Source: a virus
Lineage: Duplodnaviria > Caudoviricetes
Strand: one strand, 5' to 3'
Virus record (IMG/VR): IMGVR_UViG_3300031949_000041
Location: 1 to 59,663 of that record
DNA: 59,663 bases
A model generated the notes under the pieces. That model saw only the letters and a program-made list of their open reading frames with translations, had not been told where the DNA came from and searched no databases. Below, in pieces: positions 19,196 to 29,720 of the stretch. A program made the translations under genes and the position numbers. Every line of letters starts with the position of its first letter. Position 1 is the first letter of the stretch.

Positions 19196-19664
19196 ATGTT
19201 CCGCTTGCCCGTCGTACTGGCCTTGGGTCTGTCGTGCGCGTCTCGGGTTTCTGGCGTCACCCGAGACGGCGACTCCGGCGCCGATGTTGCCATTGTGAAG
19301 CCCGACGTCGGGACAGGCATCGGGGGAACTTTTGTGACTTCTGCTGGTGGGTCAAGGGCGGGTCCGCAGGAGAAGCCAACGGAGGGGCGCCGGGAGGCAC
19401 CAACGGCGCTCCCCCGCTGGGCAAGGTGGCATTGTGGACGCTGGGCTCGATACTGATACGGCCGACGTCAACATCGCTCCAGTGTGGCTTACATGCCATA
19501 CCGGGGGACAGGCGTGTTCGTTCGGATTCCCGTATAAATTGCCCCGAAGAGCCGGAGCCGGATTGCTTCGAACGTGTGCCAAGGGGCAATGTGCCGACGG
19601 TCTCGACGTCGGCTGTTATGTGTTCGTGCTCGACTCGGGCAATGAAGTAACCTGTTGCGATTAG
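19196..19664 (+). pseudogene. Frameshifted antisense Cys-rich lipoprotein-like moron
   Basis: Signal-like MFRLPVVLALGLSC, Gly-rich linker and Cys-rich end (..EVTCCD) lie in different plus frames. Confidence 0.45.
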
Positions 19665-21928
19665 CGGCGCGGCTCGGTCGGTGACGTACCGCGATTGGGT
19701 TGGCCAGTGCCACCGCCCGGCTGCGCGGACTCGAGTGTCTTTTTAGCTGCTGACGCTCCTTCTTGGAGCGATTTTGCTGCACTGTCACCACCAGCTTTGA
19801 GCGTTGCGACCAGCGTTTCGAAGTCAGTCACCGTCCCTTTTTGGGTATTGACGGCGCTTTGTGTTGCGGGCTCGGCTACAAGCTTACGCAGAGCATAAAA
19901 CGGAAGCGCACCAATGCCACCAGTCGCCAACCCGATCTTCTCGACCGTCTTGAGTCGTTCAGTCGGCTCCTGCATCGACGCGAGCCGTTTCTTCTCTTGC
20001 GCCAATGCAGCTTCTGCCGATGCGACGTCGCCGCCGGTCTTTTGATATTGTAAGCTCTTCAATCCTTTGGTGGCTTCTGCCTCCGAACCCTCGAACGCAC
20101 CAACACCATATGCAGTGATGCCGGCTGCTGCGAGTGTTCCGAGTCCGAGTCCAGTTTGTGTAGCTCCGAGCACACCACCAACTGTCGTTTTGCCCGCTGG
20201 TCCACCACCGCCACCGGTGGGTGGAATACCACCACCAGTCAGTAGCCTTGTGAGTGCAGCTTTTACGGCAGCACCGATGCCGGCTGCCCCGAGGTCGAAC
20301 ACAAGCTTTGCAGCGATGAGCTTGCCAATTGTGGTGATGGGCTTGCTGGCCAACTCATCGATGAACTTGCCTAGCAACTCTGCCCCTTTAGCTGCGACGG
20401 GGATCAACTTCTCGAACGACGGCATCAATTTCGTAAGCGCTGGCAACAGATTCGTTGCGATGGCTTCACGGAATTTGATCTGCGCACGTTCGATCTGCGC
20501 GCTCGTCCCCGCAGTTGCGTCAGCGGCGTCTTTCTGAATGTCGCTGTAATCGCCGACCGCATCGATGGCGCTGCTGAATGCGTCTTCTACGGCTTTACGC
20601 CCGGCTGCTGTGCGGTCGGCGTCACTGCCCTTGGGGCCGACTTTGTCTGCTGCCTCGCGAAATTTCGTGACCAGTGGCGAGATGGCTTTGATACCTTCAT
20701 CGCCGAACACCTTCTGCAATTGTACGAGATTGCCACCCGATGCAGAGATGACATCGCCAATTACATCGCGTGCGTTGCGGGCTGCCTTCGTTGGATCGCC
20801 ACCCTCGAACACGTTCACACGTTTACCGCCGAGCGCTTTCCCACTCTGAATTTCACCTGCTTTGGCAACGAGTTGGCGGAGCGTAGCTTCGACTGCGGTT
20901 GCGGCTCCTTCTGGACTGCCCGCCGCGGTCATCGCAATCTGGGCCATACCGCCCAGCTCGCGCGCTCCCTTCGCGCCCTTCATGCCAAACCGCGCTCCGG
21001 CTGCGCCCATGCGCGGCATCAACTCGGCCATAGCGCGCAATTCGAATGCGCCCTTTTTCCCTTGGAACGCAAAAGCTGCCAAAGCGTTGGCCATCTCCTT
21101 AGGATCGGCCAAATCAAACTTTGTTGCGAGATCGGCTGCTGCGCTCGCGATGTCTTCGACATTGGCGCCAGTCGCCGCCGCTACGGTCGAAAACATTTGC
21201 AAATTGGCCACAGCGCCCTTGATGTCACCAGTCTTGGCGACGAACGCCTCGACTCCACCCATTACTTCTTCTTCGGGACGGGCTCCGGCGATAGCAGCAG
21301 AGCGCACACGCGACCGGAGCTGTTCCGGAGAAAAGGCACCTTTCTCGCCGGCACCGCGCGCGTTGATGATAGCCTGACGTACGCGCTTGTCGATCTCGAT
21401 TTCGCTCTGTAGCGATGATGCAACGGCAGCACCACCGCCGATGGCGAGTGCACCAGCACCGACCGCCCCAACAGCACGCACCGAACCGGCAACACTACGA
21501 CCGGCAACGCCCATCGTACTACGAGCGAACCGTTCACGCGCTGCGGCTCGACCCCGACCCTGCACCATGACGGCACGCTGTTCGTGCCGCATGCGTTTGG
21601 CTTCTTCACGAGCTGCTACGCGCCCAATATCACGGAACGCGTTCGCGTGTGCGTCTTTTTCCTTCTGGATGTTGCGCATCCGAAGTTGGTGGCGCTTCAT
21701 TTCTTCGCGTGCAGCCACCTTGCCAATCTGATCAAGCCCACGCAACGAATTGTCTGCACCAAGACGTGTACGCGTCGCACCGCCCACAGTCTGACGACCG
21801 CCAACACGTGTGCCGAGCGTCTGCGATACTCGCCGATTGTGCTCGACGAAACGACGCTCGATCGACGACAGCGCTTTATTGACGACGCCGAGACCCACTA
21901 CAGCGAAGTCATACTGCAGAACCGGCAT
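19661..21928 (-). CDS. Tape measure protein
   Basis: 755 aa, Ala-rich helical; QGKKGAFEL; follows tube and chaperone. Confidence 0.9.
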   Translation of the reverse strand: MPVLQYDFAVVGLGVVNKALSSIERRFVEHNRRVSQTLGTRVGGRQTVGGATRTRLGADNSLRGLDQIGKVAAREEMKRHQLRMRNIQKEKDAHANAFRDIGRVAAREEAKRMRHEQRAVMVQGRGRAAARERFARSTMGVAGRSVAGSVRAVGAVGAGALAIGGGAAVASSLQSEIEIDKRVRQAIINARGAGEKGAFSPEQLRSRVRSAAIAGARPEEEVMGGVEAFVAKTGDIKGAVANLQMFSTVAAATGANVEDIASAAADLATKFDLADPKEMANALAAFAFQGKKGAFELRAMAELMPRMGAAGARFGMKGAKGARELGGMAQIAMTAAGSPEGAATAVEATLRQLVAKAGEIQSGKALGGKRVNVFEGGDPTKAARNARDVIGDVISASGGNLVQLQKVFGDEGIKAISPLVTKFREAADKVGPKGSDADRTAAGRKAVEDAFSSAIDAVGDYSDIQKDAADATAGTSAQIERAQIKFREAIATNLLPALTKLMPSFEKLIPVAAKGAELLGKFIDELASKPITTIGKLIAAKLVFDLGAAGIGAAVKAALTRLLTGGGIPPTGGGGGPAGKTTVGGVLGATQTGLGLGTLAAAGITAYGVGAFEGSEAEATKGLKSLQYQKTGGDVASAEAALAQEKKRLASMQEPTERLKTVEKIGLATGGIGALPFYALRKLVAEPATQSAVNTQKGTVTDFETLVATLKAGGDSAAKSLQEGASAAKKTLESAQPGGGTGQPNRGTSPTEPRR

Positions 21929-21931
21929 TGA

Positions 21932-22747
21932 TTACAGTGCACCTTTGTGCAGCCGTTCTGCCGCACGCGCAGCCTGTTCGAGTGTCATCGGCTCTGGCGG
22001 CGTCCAACCTTCAGGACGTTCGAAAGGATCTGGAATTTCATGTGGCGAGCCATTCTGAATATCGTTCACAGGCTGCTCGCCAAAGTAACCAATGCCAATA
22101 CCCAAGGCGGCGAGGCTCGACTGCAAAGTATCGGGCAAGGTCGAGTACAGGGACTCCAGGATTGCGGAAAGCATGTAAGCGCGACCCGCCAACGATGAAG
22201 TTAATTCGACCAATTGATGCCAGTTTCGTTGCGCTAAAGGGTAGGCGCTAGCGCCCTCCACGAGACGCCGCAACCACGCGGTGAGTTGTGTATCGTCTTC
22301 GATACTACCTTCGTATGGACCATAACGGTGTTGCACCATCGTGTACGCGGTGAACAACACGTTGATTTCGTCCGCTGTCAGCCTTCCGAGATCTTCGGGT
22401 CGAGCAAAAATGCGCCCATACTTGGGCGTGATGTCGTCTGGATTGAGCGCTTTTGGCGTCACACACGCCATCGCGAGCAATTCGCGCGCAACCATGTCAC
22501 CGTAGACTTCTTGAATGCTCGGCCCCTTGAGATCTTCGGTGTCGAGTCGTTTCGTCTTGAGCGCCATGTGCGCGCGAATGCGAGCTTCGTCGTGTTGTTC
22601 CATCTGCAATACTTGGATCCGTACCTGCCCGAGCGGTTTGCCCCTCGCGTCGCGCCGTGGGAAGTCGATGACTTCGCTCGGACATGGCGATTCCGACAAT
22701 CGGCGCCACAACTCGGACGCGGGAACGTCGTTGGGCGGTCCGGGCAT
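21932..22747 (-). CDS. Tail assembly chaperone
   Basis: Position between tube and tape measure; LTADEINVLF. Confidence 0.6.
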   Translation of the reverse strand: MPGPPNDVPASELWRRLSESPCPSEVIDFPRRDARGKPLGQVRIQVLQMEQHDEARIRAHMALKTKRLDTEDLKGPSIQEVYGDMVARELLAMACVTPKALNPDDITPKYGRIFARPEDLGRLTADEINVLFTAYTMVQHRYGPYEGSIEDDTQLTAWLRRLVEGASAYPLAQRNWHQLVELTSSLAGRAYMLSAILESLYSTLPDTLQSSLAALGIGIGYFGEQPVNDIQNGSPHEIPDPFERPEGWTPPEPMTLEQAARAAERLHKGAL

Positions 22748-22932
22748 CAACTCACCCAACCGGTGCCGTCGCAGCGCACGCAAGACACGAGGTCTGTCGC
22801 CAGCGGATGATCCGCTGCGCCGCACGAGCAGCGCTGCTTGCCCGTCGCCTGATACGACGAAAGCCCCGACGCCGGCTTACTTGCCAGTGCATCGGGGCTC
22901 GGTAGCTCGCTAGGCTCGGCCTGCGCGCTCAT
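22747..22932 (-). CDS. Small Cys-containing protein
   Basis: CSC...CVRCDGTG; coupled to the next gene. Confidence 0.4.
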   Translation of the reverse strand: MSAQAEPSELPSPDALASKPASGLSSYQATGKQRCSCGAADHPLATDLVSCVRCDGTGWVS

Positions 22933-22980
22933 TTTGTCACGAGTAGTCGGGCTGTTAGCGGCGCATTGCACCGCGCCCGA

Positions 22981-23355
22981 CTACTCCATTGCGCTCAACT
23001 GACCCGTCCAAGTGAACGAGCCTTCTACGTTGGCATTGACGCTCTGACTGACGCGAGTGTCCATGAATTTGCCTTTGCCGGTGTAGTCTTCACCACCTAC
23101 CGAAAGCTGCAGCGTGTGAATGCTGCCTTCGACGCACGACTGCTGAAACGGGAATTCCTGGCCGCCAATCGGCACAGCGAAGCCACCCGTGATCGTGACG
23201 TCGCCAGAACCAGGAGTAAACCCGGCCAAGCCTTCGTTCAGCACATCGACGCGCTGCTGGCCACTGTTCGTGACCATCTCGAGATTCGTCATCTCGACCA
23301 TGAACGTCTGGTCGATGAAGATCGCCATCCGCGCATGTTCGCGTAGCGTAGCCAT
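22981..23355 (-). CDS. Tail tube protein
   Basis: 124 aa, beta-rich, directly after the sheath. Confidence 0.75.
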   Translation of the reverse strand: MATLREHARMAIFIDQTFMVEMTNLEMVTNSGQQRVDVLNEGLAGFTPGSGDVTITGGFAVPIGGQEFPFQQSCVEGSIHTLQLSVGGEDYTGKGKFMDTRVSQSVNANVEGSFTWTGQLSAME

Positions 23356-23385
23356 GATCTACCTTTCGAGATGTGGGTTCGACCG

Positions 23386-24936
23386 TTAGCCGGTCGAGAC
23401 TTCGGCGAGTCGTGCTGTGAGCTGGTGCAACAGATCGATGACGTGCAGGTCGCATCCCAACTCAAGCCTGCCGCTGTTCGAAGGATCGACGTCCACCTGC
23501 ATGTTGGTGCTCGACGTCACGACATCCTGCAGACGCGGAGCCGAAGGATCGCCGAACTCGCTGAGGATGCCACGAACGAATGGCTTGTACGTTTCCGGCG
23601 TCACAACATCGCGGCCGAGCCGTTGGTTGACGTTGATTGACCCGTCCGGCAGGAGTTCGTCTTTCTTCAGCTTTTTGTTCTGGTAATTGAGCTGATGCCG
23701 CAGCAACAGTGTATCGGTGAAATCGTCGGCGACGCTCACCCGGTGTGTTTCGCTCGCACGGAAATCGTCCACCGCACCGGTGCTATTCTTGCTGCGCGTC
23801 GTGACAGACATCACGAGATAGCTACGCGAGCCGTTCGAGGCGATCGGCGTGACACCATCGTTGAGCGCGTCGTTCTGGTCATCGGTGTCGGGCCAGTCGC
23901 TCGAGGCGAACGCTGGCAAAATGAGCCAATCCGACGCACTGTAACCGTCGAGATTGAAAGCGCTGTCCGTGGATTCGCGCTTCTGGCGAATACCAATGAC
24001 ATTGCCCATCAGCTCGGCCGGGTCGTGTTCGCTCTGCGGCTGCCACACGAACTGCAGCCGTTCGTAGTTTTGGCCTGTCGCCGTCGTCTGCGCAGTGGCG
24101 AGAATACCGTTGAATGCGGCAACGCCGACCGACCGTAGACCAGGGCGCGGTTCACTCTTGTTTGTGATGTGCGTGCGCAGCGCAGTGAGCGCCGTGCTCG
24201 AAAACATCGTGATCCCCATGTAATAGAACCGGCGCGCTTCGATCGTCGCCAGTGCTGCAGTGAGGTTCGAAAGCTCCGTCACCGCACCGTCGGCTCCAGC
24301 CACCACGCTGCCGAGATGACCGCTACTCGCAACGGTAGTCGTGACGCCAGTGTCGATCTCCGCACGCACGCGAATGACCGGCACCGTACCATCGCCCTGC
24401 GAGGCTCCCGCGATCTTTGCGGTGAGCGTCACTACACCAAGCGCCGACGTGGCCGTCACAGGCAAGAACGTACGGCTGTTGACCACGAGCACCAGGTTGG
24501 CTGCGATTGTCGTCGGCGTGTCGGTTGTCGAGAAAGACACTGAACACGGCTCACTTGCAATCGTGACGGTGGTCACGCCGGTCTTGGTAGGAGCGCCAGC
24601 GTACGTCACGGTAGACGTCGCAGCAGCCGAACCACCGCCGGAGCTGGCGTCATACGGCAGAGCCCACAGCTTGGTCTGTTTGTTCGAACGCAGCACCATG
24701 CGCAGTGCACGATGCAAAGGCGAACCGGAACCACCGCCGACTTCGGCGAGGTTTTCGTTCGTCACCGAGTTCACCGTGTTGACGACGTACGTACCAGTTG
24801 CCGTCTTCGGCGCGATGATGATGACTTCACGTGGCCCGGTGCTCGCAGTGCTCGGTCCCTGAGCGAAGATGACTTCGGCGTACTGACCCGGAACACGGAA
24901 ATTGCTGGGTACGCCGGTGATCGGGATGAGTCCCAT
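23386..24936 (-). CDS. Contractile tail sheath, Mu gpL-like
   Basis: PSNFRVPGQYAEV, GSPLHR, ALNDGVTPI, VIDLLHQL. Confidence 0.9.
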   Translation of the reverse strand: MGLIPITGVPSNFRVPGQYAEVIFAQGPSTASTGPREVIIIAPKTATGTYVVNTVNSVTNENLAEVGGGSGSPLHRALRMVLRSNKQTKLWALPYDASSGGGSAAATSTVTYAGAPTKTGVTTVTIASEPCSVSFSTTDTPTTIAANLVLVVNSRTFLPVTATSALGVVTLTAKIAGASQGDGTVPVIRVRAEIDTGVTTTVASSGHLGSVVAGADGAVTELSNLTAALATIEARRFYYMGITMFSSTALTALRTHITNKSEPRPGLRSVGVAAFNGILATAQTTATGQNYERLQFVWQPQSEHDPAELMGNVIGIRQKRESTDSAFNLDGYSASDWLILPAFASSDWPDTDDQNDALNDGVTPIASNGSRSYLVMSVTTRSKNSTGAVDDFRASETHRVSVADDFTDTLLLRHQLNYQNKKLKKDELLPDGSINVNQRLGRDVVTPETYKPFVRGILSEFGDPSAPRLQDVVTSSTNMQVDVDPSNSGRLELGCDLHVIDLLHQLTARLAEVSTG

Positions 24937-24944
24937 CGCTCAGC

Positions 24945-25295
24945 TCAGTCTTTCCCGACCGCAGCTCGTGCGGCCGACTTGGTCTGTTGCTTTTGCTCGA
25001 TCCATTCACCCTCTACCCACTCCACCGGGACGAATGGAACTTTGCAAACGCGTGCAGTCTCGACGTCTGCCGGCCATAGCGCGGCGTCTCGCCGAACGAT
25101 CTTGACGAGTCTGGCCGCTTCGGGCCGCTTCACCGGAATCGAAAACGGTTCGTGCGTCGCCGGATGCGACATGCCTGCCGCTACGAAATCGCGCCCGACG
25201 TAACGCGGCACCTGACCAACCATCGGACGATGGCCGGGAACCGAGACCTTGAGGTCTCCGCGTGCGTAGAAATTGAGAACGGGCTGTTGGGTCAT
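24945..25295 (-). CDS. Small protein upstream of the sheath (Mu gp38-like position)
   Basis: ARGDLKVSVP...RRDAALWPAD. Confidence 0.5.
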   Translation of the reverse strand: MTQQPVLNFYARGDLKVSVPGHRPMVGQVPRYVGRDFVAAGMSHPATHEPFSIPVKRPEAARLVKIVRRDAALWPADVETARVCKVPFVPVEWVEGEWIEQKQQTKSAARAAVGKD

Positions 25296-25296
25296 A

Positions 25297-25749
25297 TTAG
25301 AACTGTGAGGCGATGCGGTTTGCTGCGCGGCCAATCCCAATGACGGCCACGCGGAACGCAGCGCGAGTCGCGCGCCACAGGAAACGGTACGGCTTGTTGC
25401 CAGGATGGTTGACGGACTTCAGATACATCATCCGTCCGAGTTTCGGCCAGTAAAACACCAAAAGCGGTGCACGGCGTGCCGCAATTACGTGGGCTCGAGC
25501 GCCACGATCGATCGGGCCTGCGTGTTGTGCTCGATTGAGCAATGCCACACGCCAAGAATAACGATTTGATGTAACCTTCGACGTCGTGGCTGCAGCCAAT
25601 CTACCAGTGTGATGCTTGAATCCACGCGGGAACTGCCGCACGTGACCGATGCCGAACGCTGCCGCTTGTGCGACTTCGCCATCAACCGCCGTGACGAGCC
25701 GATTCAAGAAGACGTTGTGCGCTTGTTTGATGCGGCCGACGTCGATCAT
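25297..25749 (-). CDS. Tail completion/neck protein (HK97 gp10-like)
   Basis: TGRLAA...HPGNKPYRFL. Confidence 0.65.
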   Translation of the reverse strand: MIDVGRIKQAHNVFLNRLVTAVDGEVAQAAAFGIGHVRQFPRGFKHHTGRLAAATTSKVTSNRYSWRVALLNRAQHAGPIDRGARAHVIAARRAPLLVFYWPKLGRMMYLKSVNHPGNKPYRFLWRATRAAFRVAVIGIGRAANRIASQF

Positions 25750-26498
25750 GGCGGAGGCGGAGGTTGCAACGGCACTGATGTATCGCCGACCACGAGATCG
25801 GGGAACACCTGAAACGCATCGCCAACACCGAGCGTCGCAGTCACACCTTCGAATACCGGGATGGCGTCGAGGTCGAGCGCGTCCAGCTCAGTCGTTTCGA
25901 GTACCATGCTCATCGCGTGGAACTCTTGGCCTTCGTCGGTTTCGCCGTATTGTGCCGGGCCAATTTGCGTGGAGACGACACGCGCAGTGTCGAGTCCACC
26001 GTTGTCGGGAGTCAGCACGACGCGACCACCGAGATATGCCGGATGCCCGCTCTGTCGAAGCGTGAGTTGCAAGAGTTTTTGTGCGGCCTGCAGGGCGCCG
26101 CCGAGGCGGCGATATTCCGCCGGATCGAGCGGACCGATGATGTAATCCACACCCCAAAGTTGTGTGATGCGTTCACGCCACAACGTCAGCTCGTCGCTAG
26201 TGCTGCTCGTGCGATAAACGCACAACAGCGGATATTTAAAGAGTTGTTGCTGTAACAACCCGCGGCGCGGCATCTCATGTAACACATCAGCGACAGGCTC
26301 TCTGTCAGAAAGCCGAGTGCCGACACGTGCCACATTCCACGCTTTTGCTAACTCGGCGACAAGCGCCGTTTGAAACAACGCGATCAACGTATCGCGTACT
26401 GGATCAAACGCAGAGAACAACTGGTCGTCGGCGACGTCGGTGCCAGGCACCGGGAATTGTACGTCACCAAACCGCGCGAAGAGGAAATCATCGGCCAT
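25746..26498 (-). CDS. Tail terminator/neck protein
   Basis: Position; YPLLCVYR. Confidence 0.5.
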   Translation of the reverse strand: MADDFLFARFGDVQFPVPGTDVADDQLFSAFDPVRDTLIALFQTALVAELAKAWNVARVGTRLSDREPVADVLHEMPRRGLLQQQLFKYPLLCVYRTSSTSDELTLWRERITQLWGVDYIIGPLDPAEYRRLGGALQAAQKLLQLTLRQSGHPAYLGGRVVLTPDNGGLDTARVVSTQIGPAQYGETDEGQEFHAMSMVLETTELDALDLDAIPVFEGVTATLGVGDAFQVFPDLVVGDTSVPLQPPPPP

Positions 26499-26499
26499 A

Positions 26500-26958
26500 T
26501 CATGCTACGTCGTGATGACTGTCTGCGATGCGCGTGAGGTAAAGGTCGATGCCGATGCTGCGTTCGGTGTCAATGCGCGCGAGCCCAAAATTGGCGCCAC
26601 GCGGATATTCCGGCCCGGTCAACACGTAATGCAGTAATGTGTTGGGAGGGGGGAACGGACGCAAAAATTCCGTCTCATACCCGCCGCCTGGAGTCGTCGG
26701 TGTAACTGGTCCCACCTTAACGGTGCCCTTATCGAACCCGCCCAACGCAAGCTCCTCGTCAGTGAGCCACCGCACCTGTGGCGGTTGACCTTCGCCGACG
26801 ACGATTTGCGTAACGGTTTCAGTGAGGTTGCCCTCACCAGCCCGTGCTCCGTCCCACTGTCGCAGAACTCGTTGTACCGTGTAAGCGCGTAACCCGAGCT
26901 TACCTGGAATAGCGCGAAGCTTCTGCGCAATAACACGGCCGACGTTTTGTAGGCCCAT
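26500..26958 (-). CDS. Head closure protein
   Basis: Position after the adaptor; 152 aa. Confidence 0.5.
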   Translation of the reverse strand: MGLQNVGRVIAQKLRAIPGKLGLRAYTVQRVLRQWDGARAGEGNLTETVTQIVVGEGQPPQVRWLTDEELALGGFDKGTVKVGPVTPTTPGGGYETEFLRPFPPPNTLLHYVLTGPEYPRGANFGLARIDTERSIGIDLYLTRIADSHHDVA

Positions 26959-27590
26959 CAGAAAACCTCAACGCGTGTGGCTGCTCGGCGTTGGCCGCCA
27001 GTAAGCAAACCACGCGGCAATTGAAGCAACGATGCTAGCTCACCGCGCCAGTGGTCGCGTTGCTGCTCGAGTTCGGTAACCCGACTGAGTTGTCGTTCTT
27101 CTGATGGGAAGAATTCGATGTCAGTGTCGATCTTTTTCACGGCAGCAGAGGCTCGAGCGTCGTCGATGTCTACGGCGAGCTTGTCAAGGATGCCGAGAAT
27201 CGTGCGAAGCATCGGCACTCCGCCATCAGCTTCGACGGTGTACGTGCCGAGATGCGGTTGTTTGAACACCGCCGTGGCCGCCGTTCCGCTCACGAACTGG
27301 AACGTCACGATTTCGCGCCGTGGGCCTGCGTCCACGTGTGCTTTCATCATCGTGGCGAACCCAACGCCCGACGCCAACGTGATCGTCGTCGGAGTGCCTG
27401 CTTGCACCGACGCTGCGGTCACTTCGGTGATGCTCGACGTCTCTGACCCGGTAGTCAGGTTGTCGATCGACTTGTCCGGGATGAATGCGTGGTCGAGATA
27501 GGGCAGGCCGCCCAGACCGACCGCAGAAAAGCCCAACTCGTAACGCACTCGCGTGATGACGCTAGTGCGTTCGGGCTCGACTAATGCCAC
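26958..27590 (-). CDS. Head-tail adaptor
   Basis: Follows the capsid gene; RVRYELGF...WRGELASLL. Confidence 0.55.
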   Translation of the reverse strand: MALVEPERTSVITRVRYELGFSAVGLGGLPYLDHAFIPDKSIDNLTTGSETSSITEVTAASVQAGTPTTITLASGVGFATMMKAHVDAGPRREIVTFQFVSGTAATAVFKQPHLGTYTVEADGGVPMLRTILGILDKLAVDIDDARASAAVKKIDTDIEFFPSEERQLSRVTELEQQRDHWRGELASLLQLPRGLLTGGQRRAATRVEVF

Positions 27591-27614
27591 GGTCGGCCGT
27601 CAGCTCGCTCCGGC

Positions 27615-28715
27615 TTAGACCGCGCCGGTGCGGATGCTCTGGATGAACCGCTGGTCGAGCGTCTGGAAGCCGCCGTAGAGGATCCAGACCACCTTGACGG
27701 TTTCGCCGTAGTTGTCGTCCGTGCTCGGCATGACGCGCGGTGACTCGCCGATGCCCCAGCCGACTGCGTTCGGACCGAACGCCTGCCCGCGCAGCACGGT
27801 GGCACCGCCGCCGCCGGTGGCCGTCGAGGTCAGCGTCGAAGACTCGAAAATGTCGAGCCCCGTGATGCTTGCGAAATAACCAGGGAAAACCGGGTTCACG
27901 TCGCGCATGAACACCGCGAGCCGCTGGAATGGCGCGTCATTCGCGAGCTGCCGCGTCTGTGCCGGGTGTAGCACGGCCATGTAACGGCCGTTCGCGAAGG
28001 TCGGGATGAACCGATCCTTGAGCGCCTGCTGCACGCGCGTCAGATGTTCGAACGTCAGCCCGTCCGTCGCGATGCCAGTGATACCAACGTCCGCGACGAT
28101 GCCAGTCGGGAAGCTGATGTTGGTGGCAACGTCGTAGCGATCCTTGAGGACCGTATCGAGCCACTTCGAGTAATCGCGGCGCATGTGCAAACCGACGACG
28201 CTCGCCAACGAGTGGATCGACATCGTCGCGTCGAAGCGATCGACCGCGTACGGCTGCGGCACGGTGCCGGCAACGGCGAACGGGCCGACGTAGCGCTCGA
28301 TGGTGATCGAGACCTGCTCGGCTGAGAGATCGATCGGTGTGGTCGAGATGGTCGCTGTCGGCGTGATGCGACGGGCTGCTTCGCTGTAGCCACCACCGCT
28401 GAACTGCGGGCGGTTCATGCGAACGGTGTGGCCGGGAGCCTTGCCCAGCTCCGTCACGACTTTGATTGCCTCGCCGAACTTGGCCAACTCGCCCGGTTCG
28501 GCCAGCACACGCTGGAACCAGCCACCGTACTGTGCTCCTTGGTCTCCTGCCGTACGGCCTGGCATGCCGACGGGGCCGACGGTGTCCAGCTCCGCCTTCA
28601 TCAGCCCGGTGAAGCCGAGCGCAGCGTGGAAGTACTGCGGCTCCGGCTGCTGGAGCAGCTCGGCAGAGGTGATGTCGTAGAACTCGCTCGGGAGAGTGGC
28701 GCGATTGACGGACAT
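27615..28715 (-). CDS. Major capsid protein
   Basis: 366 aa after the scaffold; YMAVLHPAQ..QL, GLDIFES, DDNYGE; strong codon bias. Confidence 0.85.
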   Translation of the reverse strand: MSVNRATLPSEFYDITSAELLQQPEPQYFHAALGFTGLMKAELDTVGPVGMPGRTAGDQGAQYGGWFQRVLAEPGELAKFGEAIKVVTELGKAPGHTVRMNRPQFSGGGYSEAARRITPTATISTTPIDLSAEQVSITIERYVGPFAVAGTVPQPYAVDRFDATMSIHSLASVVGLHMRRDYSKWLDTVLKDRYDVATNISFPTGIVADVGITGIATDGLTFEHLTRVQQALKDRFIPTFANGRYMAVLHPAQTRQLANDAPFQRLAVFMRDVNPVFPGYFASITGLDIFESSTLTSTATGGGGATVLRGQAFGPNAVGWGIGESPRVMPSTDDNYGETVKVVWILYGGFQTLDQRFIQSIRTGAV

Positions 28716-28777
28716 GGTCGTAGCGTTCCTTGTCTGGTGTTGTTGTTAGCGCCGCCCGTTTTCCCGGTGGGCGCGAG

Positions 28778-29446
28778 TCAGTTTTTGGCAGACTTGGCGA
28801 TTTCTTGCCCGTTGCGACGCATATAGTTTGCCGCTTGAGCTAGAGCGCCAGCCTTGACGAGCCTGTCGTGTTCGGCTCGGTGTTGCTCTGGTGTTGATGG
28901 CGCAGTAAGCGCTCCACCCGCTGGCGGAGGCGCACCGGCGCCTGTCGTATTCGCACCCGGTGGTGCTGGCGGTGGCAGTGCAGCGCCGGGTGTTCCGGCT
29001 TTGAGCACACCACGCGCCTGCAGCGCTGTGATCGCTCGCAACTGCTCGGCCGGGTCTTTCGTCATGTCTTCGACGAAAGCTTTATGCTCCGGCGGCAACT
29101 TGCCCAATTCGAGCGCTGCCAACTCCGACACGCGCTGCTCGAGTACGTCGGCTCGGGCTGCCCTCGGTTCGAGTGCAGCGATCTTGTCGGTCTGCCGTTG
29201 CGCTTCGGTCTTCTGCGCGTCTTCAGTCGCACGCAGCGCGTCGAGCTTGGCCTTGGCTTCGGCAGGGTCCTTCACGCCGAGCGTCGCGAGCAATTCCGCA
29301 TTCGCCGAACGCTTCGCCTGGTCGAGTCGATCGTTGAGCGCCTGTTGGGTCAACGACAGTTTTTTCTCGTCCGGCGGATCCGATGGTGGAGGAGGCGGAT
29401 TTGGCGGAGGCGGAGGTGCTGCGTTCGGATCGGCTTGCGTCGTCAT
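28778..29446 (-). CDS. Capsid scaffolding protein
   Basis: Pro-rich ends, coiled-coil core (TQQALNDRL, QKTEAQR); upstream of the capsid gene. Confidence 0.75.
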   Translation of the reverse strand: MTTQADPNAAPPPPPNPPPPPSDPPDEKKLSLTQQALNDRLDQAKRSANAELLATLGVKDPAEAKAKLDALRATEDAQKTEAQRQTDKIAALEPRAARADVLEQRVSELAALELGKLPPEHKAFVEDMTKDPAEQLRAITALQARGVLKAGTPGAALPPPAPPGANTTGAGAPPPAGGALTAPSTPEQHRAEHDRLVKAGALAQAANYMRRNGQEIAKSAKN

Positions 29447-29510
29447 GTCACTCCCTATTCCCGGTGGTTCCCGACCGGTGGCGGTAGATGGGAGATGTGT
29501 CGTGTCGTCG

Positions 29511-29720
29511 TTACGGCTGCGGTTCGGCCTGTGGCTTCTGTTTACGGTGCGCGTGGCCGATGGGCGGGTTGCGTCCTTCGGATCCGGGCGGAGGGTTCGC
29601 AGGCGGAGCCGGCGGAGCCGGCGCGTTCTGCAAATGCGCGAGTTGACGACGCAGCATGTCTTCGCGTTCGGCCGCGATCTGCTCTGGCGTCAACTCGACG
29701 TTACCGTTTGGCTTGGACAT
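29511..29720 (-). CDS. Small Pro-rich protein
   Basis: Coupled to the upstream gene. Confidence 0.5.
   Translation of the reverse strand: MSKPNGNVELTPEQIAAEREDMLRRQLAHLQNAPAPPAPPANPPPGSEGRNPPIGHAHRKQKPQAEPQP

Noticed and set aside
21932-22932. Programmed frameshift in the tail chaperone
   Set aside because: No clear slippery heptamer noticed, and the chaperone ORF already runs up to the tape measure start
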